From a virus (taxonomy: Duplodnaviria > Caudoviricetes), in the IMG/VR virus record IMGVR_UViG_2791355159_000004, positions 1 through 64,000 of that record: 64,000 nucleotides of DNA. One strand, 5' to 3'. A model generated the notes under the pieces. The model searched no databases. It saw only the letters and a program-made list of their open reading frames with translations, and was not told the origin of the DNA. Each line of letters opens with the position of its first letter. Position 1 is the stretch's first letter. The position numbers were made by a program, and so were the translations under genes. Shown here one piece after another: positions 48,020-57,599 of the stretch.

Positions 48020-48204
48020 ATTTCCACACAATACCAAAGGCATTGAGCGCAGACGCTTATAAGGTCTGTCCAGGACTGCAAACCTGTAGCGCCTTTCATA
48101 TTGTGATAAATACCTAAATTTACCCTGTTGCCGACGGGCAAGGCTGTTACCGCGATTTGCGTCAGGGTATCTTATTGTTACTCTTTGATTTAGATTGGAG
48201 CTAA

Positions 48205-48308
48205 TGCGGTGAATCCCCCTCAGCGGCGGGGCTAGGTCAGTAGAAGTGATTGTTTAGCGACTCAGGATTCTCGCCTTACTGAGTCACCGGGAGGCACCCG
48301 GCACCGCA
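48205..48308 (+). ncRNA. second C4-like cloverleaf RNA (late leader)
   Basis: TGCGGTG/CACCGCA closing stem; shares GGTGAAT and the 21-nt CACCGGGAGGCACCCGGCACC with 34546-34677. Confidence 0.6.
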
Positions 48309-48356
48309 GGCTTATCACAACAATTTCAAAACCATCAGATGTTACGATCACATAGA

Positions 48357-48486
48357 TAAAAAAATCCCGCAATGCCCAGGAGCATAAATTTGCGGGATTA
48401 AAAGAGATTCAAGGTTCCTCTGACGGATCATCCGTCGGGCTGCATAGTAGGCTATTCGTTTAGCTTTACCAGTAGGACCAGTCTTA
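48357..48486 (-). ncRNA. putative RcsB-dependent sRNA convergent to the late transcript
   Basis: TAAGACTGGTCCTA box abuts the -35; -10 is CTACTAT; terminator ATCCCGCAA...TTGCGGGAT followed by a T run. Confidence 0.5.
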
Positions 48487-48656
48487 AGTATATTTTATTT
48501 TCAATATCTTAACTATTCAGAATCATAAGGCTCGCTTCGGCGGGCCTTTTCGTTTTTGCGCCCGGCCAATCAACTCAAGCTGAACCTTAACCGATGTGGC
48601 TGAGGCGGATTTCTCTTTAACTACAGACAGCACCGACCGTAACCACGGAGGTGACC

Positions 48657-48908
48657 ATGAGTATCAACCATATGAGCAAACTAGCATCAGGAGCGGCATA
48701 CGGTGCGGCTGGTTCGGCTGTAGCCAATGGCGTACTAACGCGACTCAGCCCGGATGAATGGAGTGCGGTAGGCGTTATCGCCGGTATTGTTCTGGCTCTG
48801 ATGACGTTTGCTATCAACGCGTATTTTAAGCGCAAAGTTTCTCTCGCTCAGATAAGGGCGCTGGAGCAGCGCGGCTATATCCCGTCCGATAAGCTGGGAG
48901 AGGAATAA
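48657..48908 (+). CDS. class II pinholin (phage 21 S-like, dual start)
   Basis: MSINHMSKLASGAAYG...EWSAVGVIAGI...INAYFK. Confidence 0.88.
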   Translation: MSINHMSKLASGAAYGAAGSAVANGVLTRLSPDEWSAVGVIAGIVLALMTFAINAYFKRKVSLAQIRALEQRGYIPSDKLGEE

Positions 48909-48910
48909 TT

Positions 48911-49414
48911 ATGGCTATGTCAGCCAGTCTGCGAAACAAACTGATTGCCGCAGCGGGCGGCGGCTCGATGCTTATCGCCTCACTCTTCATCGGTGGTAAA
49001 GACGGTGTAGAAGGCCGCGTTTATGAGCCTTATAAAGATGTGGCTGGCGTCTGGACGGTCTGTGATGGGCATACCGGTAACGACATCATCAAAGGTAAGA
49101 AGTACACCGACCGCGAGTGTGATCGCCTGCTGTGGAATGACCTGCAGCCTGTAAAGAAAACGGTCGATAGCCTGGTTACGGTGCCGCTGAATGAATATCA
49201 GCGCGCCTCGCTTTACAGCTTTACCTACAACGTAGGCTCTGGTGCATTCTCCAAATCATCTCTTCTGAGAAAACTGAATGCTGGCGACCAGGCTGGTGCA
49301 TGTGAAGAGCTTCGCCGCTGGGTCTATGCCGGTGGTATGAAGTGGCACGGTCTGATGAACCGCCGTGAAATGGAGCGCTCCATGTGTCTCGCGGAAGGTC
49401 CAAATGACATTTAG
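48911..49414 (+). CDS. SAR endolysin (R21-like lysozyme)
   Basis: Ala/Gly-rich SAR; EGRVYEPYKDVAGVWTVCDGHT. Confidence 0.93.
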   Translation: MAMSASLRNKLIAAAGGGSMLIASLFIGGKDGVEGRVYEPYKDVAGVWTVCDGHTGNDIIKGKKYTDRECDRLLWNDLQPVKKTVDSLVTVPLNEYQRASLYSFTYNVGSGAFSKSSLLRKLNAGDQAGACEELRRWVYAGGMKWHGLMNRREMERSMCLAEGPNDI

Positions 49415-49787
49415 CTGGCGCATATACCTGCTAACCATCGCAGTGATGATTGTAATTTCAACGGGGTACGGGGAAATTCGATACCTCAATGGCTGGTATG
49501 CTCATAGCGCTAAGGTAAATGCTGACTATGCGCAGAAGAAACAGAAGGCAGAAGCCAGACTGGTTCCAGCAGAGCAGAAAGCGGCTGCGGCCAATACAGC
49601 AGGCAAAGTCATATATAAAACCATAACCCGCGATGTGGTGAAATATGTTCAGTATCCGAATCGTATTGTGTGCCGCTTTGATGATGATGCTGTCAGCATG
49701 CGCCAGCGAGCAATCGACGCTGCCAACAATATCTCAGGATTTGATGAGCCCACCGTGCAAACTCAGTCAGGCGGGAAGCGACACTGA
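49404..49787 (+). CDS. i-spanin
   Basis: N-terminal TM; follows the endolysin. Confidence 0.7.
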   Translation: MTFSWRIYLLTIAVMIVISTGYGEIRYLNGWYAHSAKVNADYAQKKQKAEARLVPAEQKAAAANTAGKVIYKTITRDVVKYVQYPNRIVCRFDDDAVSMRQRAIDAANNISGFDEPTVQTQSGGKRH

Positions 49788-49884
49788 TGCAGACCTGCAA
49801 TCCGATGTGGAAAACGCAGAGTGCGTGAGAGCGCTCCGGCTAAACATCTATCGCTGGCAGGCATGGTACGGCGTGACGCATTAA
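49645..49884 (+). CDS. o-spanin lipoprotein
   Basis: Lipobox LSAC; overlaps the i-spanin. Confidence 0.7.
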   Translation: MFSIRIVLCAALMMMLSACASEQSTLPTISQDLMSPPCKLSQAGSDTDADLQSDVENAECVRALRLNIYRWQAWYGVTH

Positions 49885-49953
49885 TTGCGCTGGATATTGC
49901 AAAATTTGAGTTAAAAACTGGTCTGATGAGATTGCATGGGCTAGGGTTCAGAT

Positions 49954-50298
49954 ATGGACCAGATGATAATAGAGGTCGTTTTGCTTAGGAACGATTTTGA
50001 CACTGAGTTTTATGCTCTTCAGATTCGACAGCTGGCTGCACAGTATCAGTCTGGCGCCGAGTTGTCAGAAATCAAGGCTTTGGTGGACAAGTCCATAAAA
50101 TCTATGGAATCTATTCTTCAGTATGACTGTGATTACCAGCTACAGAAATGGTCGGAGCTTTTCGAAAGCCTTCATGCTTACGCTAACAAATTTTCAGATC
50201 CAGACTGGATGACAGTTATGTCCTATGCCCGAAAGCAAGTAAGCCGTAAGAAAGGCGCAGCGAATGCAAGGCATAAATATCTTCATCAAATCACATGA
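49954..50298 (+). CDS. hypothetical protein (paralog A)
   Basis: 114 aa, similar to the next ORF. Confidence 0.7.
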   Translation: MDQMIIEVVLLRNDFDTEFYALQIRQLAAQYQSGAELSEIKALVDKSIKSMESILQYDCDYQLQKWSELFESLHAYANKFSDPDWMTVMSYARKQVSRKKGAANARHKYLHQIT

Positions 50299-50376
50299 AA
50301 ATTAGGTTAATTAATAACAGCATTATTGTGATTTGAATGAAAATGCATAGTTTACGCTAACTCAGCGGAGGAAAAT

Positions 50377-50685
50377 TTGGAAGGAACTGAGGTAGATATT
50401 GAGTACTTTGCCATGGAGCTAAGAAAACTGGCCGGATCATTCCAGTCGGGCAAAAGCCTCAAGGAAACCAAGCATGAGGTCGATCGCCTTATTGTCTCAA
50501 TCAGGAATAAGCTTGGGCCTGACAAAAAGGTTCAGATAAGCTTCTGGACCGCGCTCTTACATCGTCTCGAATTTTGCAATACCCCTAAAGCAGATCCCAG
50601 ATGGCTCGTCATCATACGTCATGCAAATTACAGGATAAAATCCAGACTTTATACAGCGATCCATTATCGCCGCCGCTTTAAATAG
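50377..50685 (+). CDS. hypothetical protein (paralog B)
   Basis: 102 aa; GGAGG RBS and TTG start. Confidence 0.7.
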   Translation: MEGTEVDIEYFAMELRKLAGSFQSGKSLKETKHEVDRLIVSIRNKLGPDKKVQISFWTALLHRLEFCNTPKADPRWLVIIRHANYRIKSRLYTAIHYRRRFK

Positions 50686-50741
50686 TGAAGTAAAAAAAGA
50701 ATGAATAGGCCGCCTCTGGGCGGTTTTTTATTGGGGCGCTC

Positions 50742-51092
50742 ATGCCATCAGCTATCGCTCGCGCATGCCGAAAACTTGGCTGCGGGAAGACTACAACAGA
50801 CCGATCAGGCTACTGTGATGACCATCGCAATGAAGGCTGGCAGCAGCATCAGCGTGGACAGAGCCGACACCAGCGTGGCTATGGCAGTAAGTGGGATGTT
50901 ATTCGTGTACGCATCCTGAAGCGTGACCGGTATGTATGCCAGCAGTGCCTGGCGAACGGCAGGCCGGTACCAGCATCGACTGTAGACCACATCAAACCTA
51001 AGGCACATGGTGGCACCGATGAAGATAGTAATCTTCAGGCTTTATGTTGGTCATGCCACAGAGCCAAGACGGCAACGGAGAGAAACAAATGA
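50742..51092 (+). CDS. terminase-associated HNH endonuclease
   Basis: RGYG..W...R..IL.RD...CQQC, VDHI.P...GG.D...NLQ.LC..CH..KT. Confidence 0.92.
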   Translation: MPSAIARACRKLGCGKTTTDRSGYCDDHRNEGWQQHQRGQSRHQRGYGSKWDVIRVRILKRDRYVCQQCLANGRPVPASTVDHIKPKAHGGTDEDSNLQALCWSCHRAKTATERNK

Positions 51093-51274
51093 ATGCTGAC
51101 CAACAAACACTGCTGATGTTCAAAGGCTTGATTGCATCTATGCCTGAAGAATCCCAGGTAAAAGTGAAGCAAGCAGAAGATAAGCTGCGCGTTGTATTGA
51201 GCGAATATCCTGAAGGAGAAGCTTTGGTAGCTTTTGGACTGATTGGGGCGCAATTACAGACCGAATCGCCATAA
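51089..51274 (+). CDS. hypothetical protein
   Basis: ATGA overlap with the HNH stop (MNADQQTLLMFKGLIA). Confidence 0.6.
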   Translation: MNADQQTLLMFKGLIASMPEESQVKVKQAEDKLRVVLSEYPEGEALVAFGLIGAQLQTESP

Positions 51275-51339
51275 GTGAGAATAAATATCATTTAAGGAAA
51301 TTCAGGGGATAGGGCGGGTAAAAACTTCAGGGCTTTGGG

Positions 51340-51382
51340 TCTAAAGGACCGCCGCCTAACCTTTTTTCACACCGCCGCAGGT
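51340..51382 (+). other. probable 3'-overhang cos region (HK97-type)
   Basis: ACCGCCGC occurs twice between the HNH gene and terS. Confidence 0.45.
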
Positions 51383-51435
51383 TAGAAAACTTTTTTTGGG
51401 GTCCCCCAACCAGTAATTAATAGGAGTTTTCGATT

Positions 51436-51909
51436 ATGCCAGGACCACCGAAAACCCCGACACATCTGGCTTTGGTGAAGGGGAACCCATCAAAACGGGC
51501 AGTAAATAAAAAAGAGCCAAAACCGCCTTCTGGGGTACCCCCAATTCCGAAGCATTTCGACAAGATGGGGAAGTACTGGTTTAAGCGAATTGGCGAAGAG
51601 CTTGATGCGGTCGGCGTGATGACCACCCTCGACGGCAAAGCGCTTGAATTGCTGATCGAGGCTTACACCGAGTACCGGCAACACTGCGACGTTCTGGCCG
51701 AGGAGGGATACACCTATAAAACGGTGTCAGCTACTGGCGAGGAGATCGTGAAGGCACACCCTGCAGCAGTAATGAAGTCCGATGCCTGGAAGCGCATCAG
51801 GGCAATGCTCGCTGAATTCGGTATGACCCCGTCCAGCCGATCAAAGGTTGGCGCAAAAGGTCCGGCTGAGGCCGATCCCCTGGAAGAATTTCTGAAAAAG
51901 CGCAAATGA
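51436..51909 (+). CDS. terminase small subunit, P27 family
   Basis: PTHL..VKGNPSKR...HPA...EFGMTP.SRSK. Confidence 0.92.
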   Translation: MPGPPKTPTHLALVKGNPSKRAVNKKEPKPPSGVPPIPKHFDKMGKYWFKRIGEELDAVGVMTTLDGKALELLIEAYTEYRQHCDVLAEEGYTYKTVSATGEEIVKAHPAAVMKSDAWKRIRAMLAEFGMTPSSRSKVGAKGPAEADPLEEFLKKRK

Positions 51910-51912
51910 TGA

Positions 51913-53643
51913 ATGGCAACCGTCCAAGCTGGTATCCAGTACGCCGAGCGCGTGCTGTCTGGCGAGATTGTTGCTGGCGAACTGGTGCGCCTGGCGTGTC
52001 AGCGATTCCTTAATGATTTAGAGCATGGGCCGGAACGCGGTATCTACTTCAGTGAGGACCGCGCTCAGCACATTCTCGACTTTTATAATTTTGTTCCGCA
52101 CGTTAAAGGCGCGCTGGCGGGTAAGCCGATTGAGCTTATGCCGTGGCACATCTTCATCCTGATAAACCTGTTTGGCTTCATCATCCCTCTGATTGATGAA
52201 ACAACGGGCGAGCAGGTAATGGACGATGACGGCGATCCGGTTATGGTTCGCCGGTTTCGCACTGCCTATAACGAAGTGGCGCGTAAAAACGCTAAGTCTA
52301 CCGTCTCGTCTGGTATTGGCCTTTATATGACCGGCGCGGACGGCGAGGGCGGCGCTGAGGTTTATTCAGCTGCAACGACTCGCGATCAAGCACGCATCGT
52401 CTTTGATGACGCCAAAAACATGATTAAGAAAGCGCCCCGCACGCTGGGGCGGCTTTTTGGTCACGTCAAACTGAACATTCACCAGGAGAGAACGGCTTCG
52501 AAGTTTGAGCCGCTTTCCAGTGACGCCAATAACCTCGACGGCCTGAATATTCACTGCGGCATAGTCGATGAGCTGCACGCTCACCGCACCCGTGATGTTT
52601 GGGACGTGCTGGAAACAGCAACGGGTGCGCGTCTTCAGTCGCTGCTGTTCGCCATCACCACAGCGGGAACCAACAAAGAGGGTATCTGTTTCGAGCAGCG
52701 CGATTACGCCATTAAGGTGCTGCGCGGCGTGGTGGACGATGACACGTATTTTGCTGTCATTTACACGCTGGACGAAGACGACGATCCCTTTGATGAAGCG
52801 AACTGGCCGAAAGCCAACCCCGGACTCGGTGTCTGTAAGCGCTGGGATGACATGCGCCGCCTGGCGAAAAAGGCGAAAGAGCAGGTCGCCGCGCGCCCGA
52901 ACTTTTTCACCAAGCATCTGAACATCTGGGTCACAGCTGAAAGCGCATGGATGGACATGGATCGCTGGGCGAAGATGACGGCCACTGCCGAAGAGGCTCA
53001 GCGTAAAGGCTGGCCACTTTGGGTCGGTGTGGACCTCGCAAACAAAATTGATATTTGCGCTGCTGTAAAAACCTGGCGTGACCCTACAGGGGAAACGCAT
53101 ATGCAGCCCCGCTTCTGGCTGCCAGAGGGGCGTATAGAAACGGCACCTAACCATATTGCTGAGCTTTACCGCAAGTGGGCCGATGCCGGTTACCTTGAGC
53201 TGACAGACGGGGATGTTATCGACCATGGGGTGATCAAAGCCGAAATAGTGGAGTGGGTTAAAGGCGAGAACATCAAAGAGATCGCATTCGACCCTTGGAG
53301 CGCATTGCAATTTAGCCTGGCGTTAGCCGAAGAAGGCTTACCGCTGGTTGAAGTGCCGCAGACGGTCAAAAACCTGTCTGAGTCCATGAAGTCAGTTCAG
53401 GCAGAGATATACGGCAATAAATTTCATCATGACGGGAATCCCGTCATGACCTGGATGATGTCGAATATCACAGTCAAGCCTGACAAAAATGACAACATCT
53501 TCCCGAACAAATCCACGCCGGAAAACAAAATTGACGGTCCCGTTGCATTATTCACTGCCAAGAGCCGACTTCTGGTGAATGGCGGCGGTGATGCGCAGGA
53601 CCTGAGCGGCTTCTTTGAAAATCCGATAATGATAGGTTTCTGA
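51913..53643 (+). CDS. terminase large subunit
   Basis: ARKNAKS, IVDELH, GVDL and KIDGPVA. Confidence 0.95.
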   Translation: MATVQAGIQYAERVLSGEIVAGELVRLACQRFLNDLEHGPERGIYFSEDRAQHILDFYNFVPHVKGALAGKPIELMPWHIFILINLFGFIIPLIDETTGEQVMDDDGDPVMVRRFRTAYNEVARKNAKSTVSSGIGLYMTGADGEGGAEVYSAATTRDQARIVFDDAKNMIKKAPRTLGRLFGHVKLNIHQERTASKFEPLSSDANNLDGLNIHCGIVDELHAHRTRDVWDVLETATGARLQSLLFAITTAGTNKEGICFEQRDYAIKVLRGVVDDDTYFAVIYTLDEDDDPFDEANWPKANPGLGVCKRWDDMRRLAKKAKEQVAARPNFFTKHLNIWVTAESAWMDMDRWAKMTATAEEAQRKGWPLWVGVDLANKIDICAAVKTWRDPTGETHMQPRFWLPEGRIETAPNHIAELYRKWADAGYLELTDGDVIDHGVIKAEIVEWVKGENIKEIAFDPWSALQFSLALAEEGLPLVEVPQTVKNLSESMKSVQAEIYGNKFHHDGNPVMTWMMSNITVKPDKNDNIFPNKSTPENKIDGPVALFTAKSRLLVNGGGDAQDLSGFFENPIMIGF

Positions 53644-54947
53644 TGAAAAAGAATAAGCAGCCTGGCAAGGTAAAAAGCGCCTTGCTTAACTGGCTCGGTG
53701 TCCCTATCAGTCTGACGACCGGGACATTCTGGGAGGAATGGTTAGGCATGAGCAGCAGCGGAAAGGTGGTGTCGGCTGATAAAGCGATCCACCTTTCTGC
53801 CGTCTGGGCCTGCGTCAGACTTCTGAGCGAGTCGGTTTCAACCCTGCCACTTAAAATTTACGCGCGGCAGGCAGACGGTTCACGAAAGCCAGCAACGGAT
53901 CATCCGGTCTATCAGGTGCTATGCCGGCGCCCAAATATGGAAATGACGCCTTCGCGATTCATGCTGATGCTGGTGGCCAGTATCTGCCTGCGCGGCAACG
54001 CCTTCATTGAAAAAAAGATGATAGGCAGCAAGCTCGTTTCGCTCGTTCCGCTGTTACCACAGAATATGGTGGTGAAGCGCCTCGAAAACGGCCGGCTGGA
54101 ATACACCTATACCGAAAACGGACAGAAGCGAGTTATTCCAGAAAAAAACCTGATGCATATTCGCGGGTTTGGTCTTGATGGTGTCTGCGGAATGATGCCA
54201 ATGAGGGAAGGGCGCGACGTTATCGGGGCGGCAATGGCCGTTGAGGAGTCAGCAGCAAAAATATTCGAAAACGGGCTGCAAAGTTCAGGTTTTTTGTCCG
54301 CTGAACAGGCCTTGGACGCAGAGCAGCGCGAACGGCTGCGGGGCTACATGCAGGCGTTTACCGGTTCCAAAAATGCCGGAAAGATTATGGTTCTGGAAGG
54401 CGGGCTGAAGTATCAGAACGTCACGATGAACCCTGAAGCGGCGCAGATGCTGGAATCGCGGGCGTTCAGCATTGAAGAAATCTGCCGCTGGTTTCGCGTG
54501 CCAGCATTTATGGTGGGGCATGCGGATAAGCAAAGCAGCTGGGCTTCCAGTGTTGAGGGGATGAACCTGCAGTTCCTGACCAACACGCTGCGCCCGCTGC
54601 TGGTAAATATAGAACAAGAGATTTCCCGCTGTCTGCTTGATGGCGATGATGATTTGTTTGCTGAATTCTCTGTTGAGGGGCTACTGCGCGCTGACAGCGC
54701 CGGGCGCTCTGCGTATTACACGACCGCGCTGCAAAATGGCTGGATGTCACGTAATGACGTTCGCCGCCTGGAGAACATGCCTCCGATTGAAGGTGGTGAT
54801 CTCTACACCGTGCAGCTCAACCTGACGCCGCTGGAAGACCTGAAACAAAACAGCAAGGCAGCGCAGGCGGCAAACCTTCTCAAGGTCCATAACTTCGTTT
54901 TTCCTGATATTCCGTTCGAACAATCCCCGCTGAAACAGGCGGCTTAG
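53643..54947 (+). CDS. portal protein, HK97 family
   Basis: AVWACV.LLS, LRGNAF and EEICRWFRVP. Confidence 0.95.
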   Translation: MKKNKQPGKVKSALLNWLGVPISLTTGTFWEEWLGMSSSGKVVSADKAIHLSAVWACVRLLSESVSTLPLKIYARQADGSRKPATDHPVYQVLCRRPNMEMTPSRFMLMLVASICLRGNAFIEKKMIGSKLVSLVPLLPQNMVVKRLENGRLEYTYTENGQKRVIPEKNLMHIRGFGLDGVCGMMPMREGRDVIGAAMAVEESAAKIFENGLQSSGFLSAEQALDAEQRERLRGYMQAFTGSKNAGKIMVLEGGLKYQNVTMNPEAAQMLESRAFSIEEICRWFRVPAFMVGHADKQSSWASSVEGMNLQFLTNTLRPLLVNIEQEISRCLLDGDDDLFAEFSVEGLLRADSAGRSAYYTTALQNGWMSRNDVRRLENMPPIEGGDLYTVQLNLTPLEDLKQNSKAAQAANLLKVHNFVFPDIPFEQSPLKQAA

Positions 54948-54958
54948 GAGCTATTCCC

Positions 54959-55807
54959 ATGACACTGAAAAGCCTTCCGGCAGCGCCGGCGGGGCGGCCT
55001 TCTGCGCTCTCAAAACGGGACCTGCCGTCTGCCGCTATGGAACGCTGGAACGGCGGCATCAAAGCTGCCAAGTCCGATGACAACAGCATTTCTATTTTTG
55101 ACGTAATCGGCGCGGATTACTGGGGAGAAGGCGTAACGGCCAGCCGCATAGCTGGTGCGCTGCGTTCGCTCAACGGGGCTGACGTAACGGTCAATGTCAA
55201 CTCGCCGGGTGGCGACATGTTCGAAGGCCTGGCGATTTATAACCTGCTGCGCGAGTACGAAGGAAAAGTAACGGTGAAGGTGCTGGGTCTTGCGGCTTCA
55301 GCGGCCTCCATCATTGCGATGGCCGGGGACGATATTCAGATCGGGCGCGGCGCGTTCCTGATGATCCACAACTGCTGGGTTTATGCGATGGGTAATCGCC
55401 ATGACCTGGCGCAAATCGCGTCGGACATGGAGCCTTTCGACAAGGCTATGGGCGATATCTATTCGGTGCGAACCGGCCTCAGCAAAGAGGAGGTCGCCTC
55501 GATGATGGACGGAGAAACCTATATCGGCGGCAGTGACGCAGTTGATAAAGGTTTTGCCGATCGCCTCCTTTCCGCTGACGAAATTTCCGACGACGACGAC
55601 AGCCCTGAGGCGGCGCTGCGCAAGCTCGATGCGCTGCTGGCTAAGACTGATACCCCGCGTTCTGAGCGGCGCAAACTGTTAAAAGCTTTATCCGGCAGCA
55701 AGCCAGGCGCTGCTGCCACTCCTGAAGGTATGCCGGGCGCTACCGACGAAATCAACCCTGAAAATATCAAAACTCTTGAAGCCGCTCTGTCGGCGTTCGG
55801 CAAATAA
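54959..55807 (+). CDS. ClpP-type head maturation protease
   Basis: NSPGGD, LAASAAS and MIHN. Confidence 0.93.
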   Translation: MTLKSLPAAPAGRPSALSKRDLPSAAMERWNGGIKAAKSDDNSISIFDVIGADYWGEGVTASRIAGALRSLNGADVTVNVNSPGGDMFEGLAIYNLLREYEGKVTVKVLGLAASAASIIAMAGDDIQIGRGAFLMIHNCWVYAMGNRHDLAQIASDMEPFDKAMGDIYSVRTGLSKEEVASMMDGETYIGGSDAVDKGFADRLLSADEISDDDDSPEAALRKLDALLAKTDTPRSERRKLLKALSGSKPGAAATPEGMPGATDEINPENIKTLEAALSAFGK

Positions 55808-55816
55808 GGAAACTCC

Positions 55817-57034
55817 ATGTCTGAAGTAAACGAAATTCTGAAAAAAGTTACCGCCAGTATTGAAGAGGCAAACGGTAAGTTCAGTGCAAAAGCCGAAGAG
55901 GCGCTGAAAGAGGCTAAAAAATCCGGCTCACTTTCCGAAGAAACTAAGGCTGCTGTAGATAAAATGGCATCTGAGTTTAACGCGCTGCGCGAAGCGGAAA
56001 AGACGCTGAAGGCTGCTCTGGGCGATCTGGAGCAGCATGTTGCCAATATGCCGCTGAACGCTGCTAAAAAAGTGGCAGAGACGGTTGGTCAGGTGGTTAT
56101 CAGCAATGAAGCACTGAAAGCCTTTGCGGCCAGCGTGGAGGGCGGCAAGCGTGTCAGCGTGCCGGTTAACGCTGCGCTCCTGTCCACTGATGTTGCTGAT
56201 GGGGTGGTTGAACCCCAACGGCTGCCGGGCATTGACGCCGCGCCTAAGCAGCGCCTGTTTATCCGCGATTTGATCGCACCAGGCCGGACTGCCTCACCTG
56301 CTATCTTTTGGGTGCAGCAGACCGGATTTACTAACGCGGCAAAAGTCGTACCAGAAGGTACTACGAAGCCTTACAGCGACATTCAGTTCGCAACCAAAAT
56401 CACCGCAGTATCTACCGTCGCGCACTTGTTTAAAGCATCTAAGCAGATTCTGGATGATTTCTCGCAACTTCAGTCAACGGTCGATACAGAGCTTCGTTTT
56501 GGCCTGAAATATGCCGAAGAGCAGGAAATCCTTTTCGGCGACGGTACCGGTGTGCATCTACACGGCATTGTCCCCCAGGCCTCTGCATTTGATCCTGCCT
56601 TTAGCGTTGAGCAGCAGAATGGTATCGACGATCTGCGTCTGGCAATGCTGCAGGCTCAGCTGGCGCGTTTTCCGGCATCCGGTCACGTTCTGCACTTCAT
56701 CGACTGGGCGAAGATCGAGCTGACCAAAGACACGCTGGGACGCTATATCCTGGCGAACCCGTCAGCGCTCACCGGCCCGACACTGTGGGGCCTGCCTGTT
56801 GTGGCCACCGAGGCCGCCGCGTTCCAGGGCAAGTTCCTGACCGGCGCCTTCAATGCCGCGGCGCAGCTTTTCGACCGTGAAGACGCCAACGTGGTTATCT
56901 CCACCGAGAACGCTGACGACTTCGAGAAGAACATGATCTCTATCCGCTGTGAAGAGCGCCTGGCGCTGGCCGTTAAGCGTCCTGAAGCTTTTATCTACGG
57001 CTCATTTACCGCACCGGCAGCCGCTGGCGCATAA
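55817..57034 (+). CDS. major capsid protein, HK97 family
   Basis: Coiled-coil delta domain, LWGLPVV and IRCEERLAL. Confidence 0.95.
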   Translation: MSEVNEILKKVTASIEEANGKFSAKAEEALKEAKKSGSLSEETKAAVDKMASEFNALREAEKTLKAALGDLEQHVANMPLNAAKKVAETVGQVVISNEALKAFAASVEGGKRVSVPVNAALLSTDVADGVVEPQRLPGIDAAPKQRLFIRDLIAPGRTASPAIFWVQQTGFTNAAKVVPEGTTKPYSDIQFATKITAVSTVAHLFKASKQILDDFSQLQSTVDTELRFGLKYAEEQEILFGDGTGVHLHGIVPQASAFDPAFSVEQQNGIDDLRLAMLQAQLARFPASGHVLHFIDWAKIELTKDTLGRYILANPSALTGPTLWGLPVVATEAAAFQGKFLTGAFNAAAQLFDREDANVVISTENADDFEKNMISIRCEERLALAVKRPEAFIYGSFTAPAAAGA

Positions 57035-57080
57035 CTCCTGACGGCGGCCTGAGGGCCGCCAGTGCAATGAGGAAACAGCC

Positions 57081-57263
57081 ATGAAACTGCGATCCATCAA
57101 GCCCATCTACCACCAGGGCGAGGTACTGACCGAGGGCACCACGTTTGAAACGCTGGAGCAGCACGGCCGCGAGCTTATCCAGCGGGGCTATGCCGAGGAA
57201 CCGGGCGCGAAAAAAGAGTCCGGCGACGATGGCAGCACCAAAGGCAAGGCGAAAACAAAGTAA
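57081..57263 (+). CDS. small hypothetical virion protein
   Basis: 60 aa after the capsid gene, with RBS. Confidence 0.65.
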   Translation: MKLRSIKPIYHQGEVLTEGTTFETLEQHGRELIQRGYAEEPGAKKESGDDGSTKGKAKTK

Positions 57264-57272
57264 GGGGTAATT

Positions 57273-57599
57273 ATGCTGACCGTTGATCAGGTAAAGCATC
57301 ACTGCAATATCGAGCAGGATTTTACCGAGGATGATGCCTGGCTGGCGGCCCGCATAAAGGCGGCGGTGCGGTACGTGGAAAACTCTACCCGCCGCACGCT
57401 TTATGAAAATGCCGCCGATCCTCTTTATCTGGCCGACCCGGACGCGCTGCTGTACGGCGAAGATATTGAAACCGCCATGCTGATGCTAATTGCGCACTGG
57501 TATGCAAATCGCGAGGCGGTGGTGACCGGTGTCAGTGTAGCCACGCCGGATTTTGCCGTTGAAGCTTTTCTTCAGCCCTACAGGATTTATGGCGTATGA
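57273..57599 (+). CDS. head-tail connector (gp6-like)
   Basis: VKHHC.I...A.LMLIAHWY.NRE. Confidence 0.9.
   Translation: MLTVDQVKHHCNIEQDFTEDDAWLAARIKAAVRYVENSTRRTLYENAADPLYLADPDALLYGEDIETAMLMLIAHWYANREAVVTGVSVATPDFAVEAFLQPYRIYGV

Noticed and set aside
48036-48096. Degenerate tRNA-Cys (GCA in a loop)
   Set aside because: No T-arm (TTCGA), no proper D-arm and no CCA end; treated as a non-tRNA structured element.
52366-53310. 314-aa antisense ORF inside terL (and similar shadows over other structural genes)
   Set aside because: Antisense shadow of a well-supported GC-rich gene.
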